Both the position numbers and the translations under genes were made by a program. Below are positions 62,037 to 64,000 of a stretch of 64,000 nt of DNA, piece by piece. The DNA comes from Geosiphon pyriformis uo1 (taxonomy: Eukaryota > Fungi > Glomeromycota). Below the pieces are notes generated by a model, which was not told the DNA's origin, did not search any database, and saw only the letters and a list, made by a program, of their open reading frames with translations. Positions within the stretch are counted from its first letter, which is position 1; each line of letters starts with the position of its first letter. The DNA lies in contig JAAOMT010000031.1 of NCBI GenBank assembly GCA_016748015.1, positions 186,001 to 250,000 on the forward strand, read 5' to 3'.

Positions 62037-64000
62037 TGTTGCCTTGTCTGGCCTGAGTGGCTAGCCATATGTAGTAAGTGTGTGAGCTGCATTTAGTCTG
62101 GGCTTCTTAGTTTGGCTCTGTATATTAGACAGCAGTTGGACTTTACTCATAAAATACATAAAAAAAAAAAATTAATAACTATAATAATAAAAATAATCTT
62201 AATTTGTTTTTAAAATTTGGTAAATTGTTGTTACAATAATTAAATTAATTTAAAAAATAAGTCACTAGTCCAAAAATTATTATGTACAATAACTAAAAAA
62301 AAAGACAAAAAAACAATTTGCACTTATAATTTGTTTTTAAAAACTGTAAGCTATGAAATAAGTACTTTTTTTTTGGCAAAAAATAAGCCAGTTAAAGACA
62401 ATTAGCATTTAAAATAGACTTTTTATAAATCTTTCTTAAAGCAAGAATAACAGTTTTAGTAATATTATATTTAAAAACAAAATGTTCAAAACATCTATAT
62501 TTTTTACAATAAATTAAACTCAACCTAATTTAAAAAAGATTTACACTACTAAAAATTGATTTTATGTAAAAAACTGAATCCAAATTTTTTTTTAACATAA
62601 AACTAATTACAACACATTAAATTTTATTGCCAATAATAAAAAAATAATTAATTATACAGGTTTTTTTACTAGTTTTTTTTACTAAAGCACTAAGATTATG
62701 AACAGATATTTTTACAAACAAAATAAACAAAAATGCCTTAAATTAGTCCCTAAACATTTAGATATTATGATTATCTACAGTTTTAGTTACATATATCGAA
62801 TTTTTAATAACTAAAAAAAACTATTTTGCTATTAGATTATTTGTTTAGCCTAATTTAGCAAATTTTATTATAGCTTTTTGTTATAGCCTAATTAGTTGTA
62901 ATTAAATTGATGTTATTTGTTTATACTTAGCTATTACAATAATTATTATATTTTTAGGCATATATATAAAGATTTTATTAATAATCATAGTCTAATCTAA
63001 ACAAAATTTTTGTTTTTTAAGATTATTGTTTACAATAATACTATTTTTTTTAGCCAATGCTATAGATTTTTTCATGTTCTTTTTTAAAATAAATATAAAT
63101 TTAATAATTTTTTTAAATTTTAAAAAAATAGTGGTTTTTCCAAAACTATTAACTTTAGAGAAATTTTTTTTAATAGTCTGAGTTTTTATAATCTTAAAAT
63201 TAATTTATTTTTTGTTTAAAAATATATTGAAAAAAGATAGAAGAAATTTATTATTATTTTTCATATCAAAATAAAAAAAACTACAAAAAGAATCATAATT
63301 TAAACCAGTATTTACTTTTTTGGTTTTAAAAATAATAGCTGTCAAATTCAGAATTAGACTTGATTAAAAAATGTTTAATATTATCAAAAGAAAACTTTTT
63401 TTTTTGAAAAAAAAATCATTAAAGAAACTGTAAAAATCTTTTTTAGATGTTTTTTTTTTAAATATGTTACTGTTTAAAACTGCTTCTAAATTTACAATGA
63501 AAGAGTTATTTGCTTATAAAATATTGAAAAAAAAACAATAAAAAAAACAATAAACTTTTTTTAAAAAAATATGTTTTTTGAAAAATTTTAAACATAAAAA
63601 AAAAAGAAGTTTTTTTTAATTAATTTATACTATTTAATAAAATAAACAATATTTATGCTGGAAAAATTTTATAAATTACTATTTATTTTATTAAAATTTA
63701 TTTATTGTTAAAAAATGTTAATAATATTATTTTAATACTTTTAAACAATATTAAAACAATGATTTTTGATAATTATTGACAAAATATTAATTTTTATTTT
63801 TTTTATTGTATTTTATTTTGTATTACTAATTAATTAAAAAAATAATAAAATTATAACATTAAAAATAAACATAAATTAATTTATTAAATTGTTTATAAGA
63901 AAAATAATAAATGTTAGAATAAACTAATTATTATATTAAAAAAATTAAACATTAAATATTATTAACTATTATTAAAAATTTTTGTCTATTATATATTAAA

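Larger units (their letters stand above)
54280..62171 (+). mobile_element. Full-length LINE (copy E, divergent subfamily) with nested solo LTR; head-to-tail with copy D
   Basis: ORF1 54397-56358; ORF2 56355-62036; 3' tail 62037-62153; poly(A). 5' boundary approximate. Confidence 0.92.

Noticed and set aside
62200-64000. Possible further LINE 3' relic and family-B LTR fragment (TTTGTCTATTATA near 63980)
   Set aside because: Too eroded and cut off by the window edge to assign boundaries or identity.

Overview
Eukaryotic, almost certainly fungal DNA. The AT-rich, TE-saturated style suggests an early-diverging fungus such as Glomeromycotina, but that is inference. One host gene (2 exons, about 1414 aa, tandem PH domains, Skg3/Caf120-like; 32748-37076) sits in a CpG-retaining island within nested retrotransposons. 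LINEs: three near full-length copies (ORF1 with RRM-like regions, CCHC knuckle and coiled coil; ORF2 with APE-RT-RNase H-Cys motif) and three 5'-truncated copies. Two copies of a ~2.3 kb element encode ONLY a divergent ORF1-like protein yet end in the same ~120-nt 3' tail as the LINEs. That tail folds into a covarying multi-stem structure with a loop-to-3'-end pseudoknot in up to eight copies. LTR elements: a complete 10.3 kb Ty3/Gypsy on the minus strand (4-bp TSD, dUTPase, Cys-rich insert, extra ORF in the env position, structured U5 leader, apparent GUG start), four solo LTRs from three families, and AT-eroded relics. All TEs carry heavy C>T/G>A damage in CpG and non-CpG contexts. A 329-bp duplication around the N-gap is an assembly artefact. 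The best candidate for an undescribed system is the autonomous LINE plus an ORF1-only partner sharing a pseudoknotted 3' RNA.
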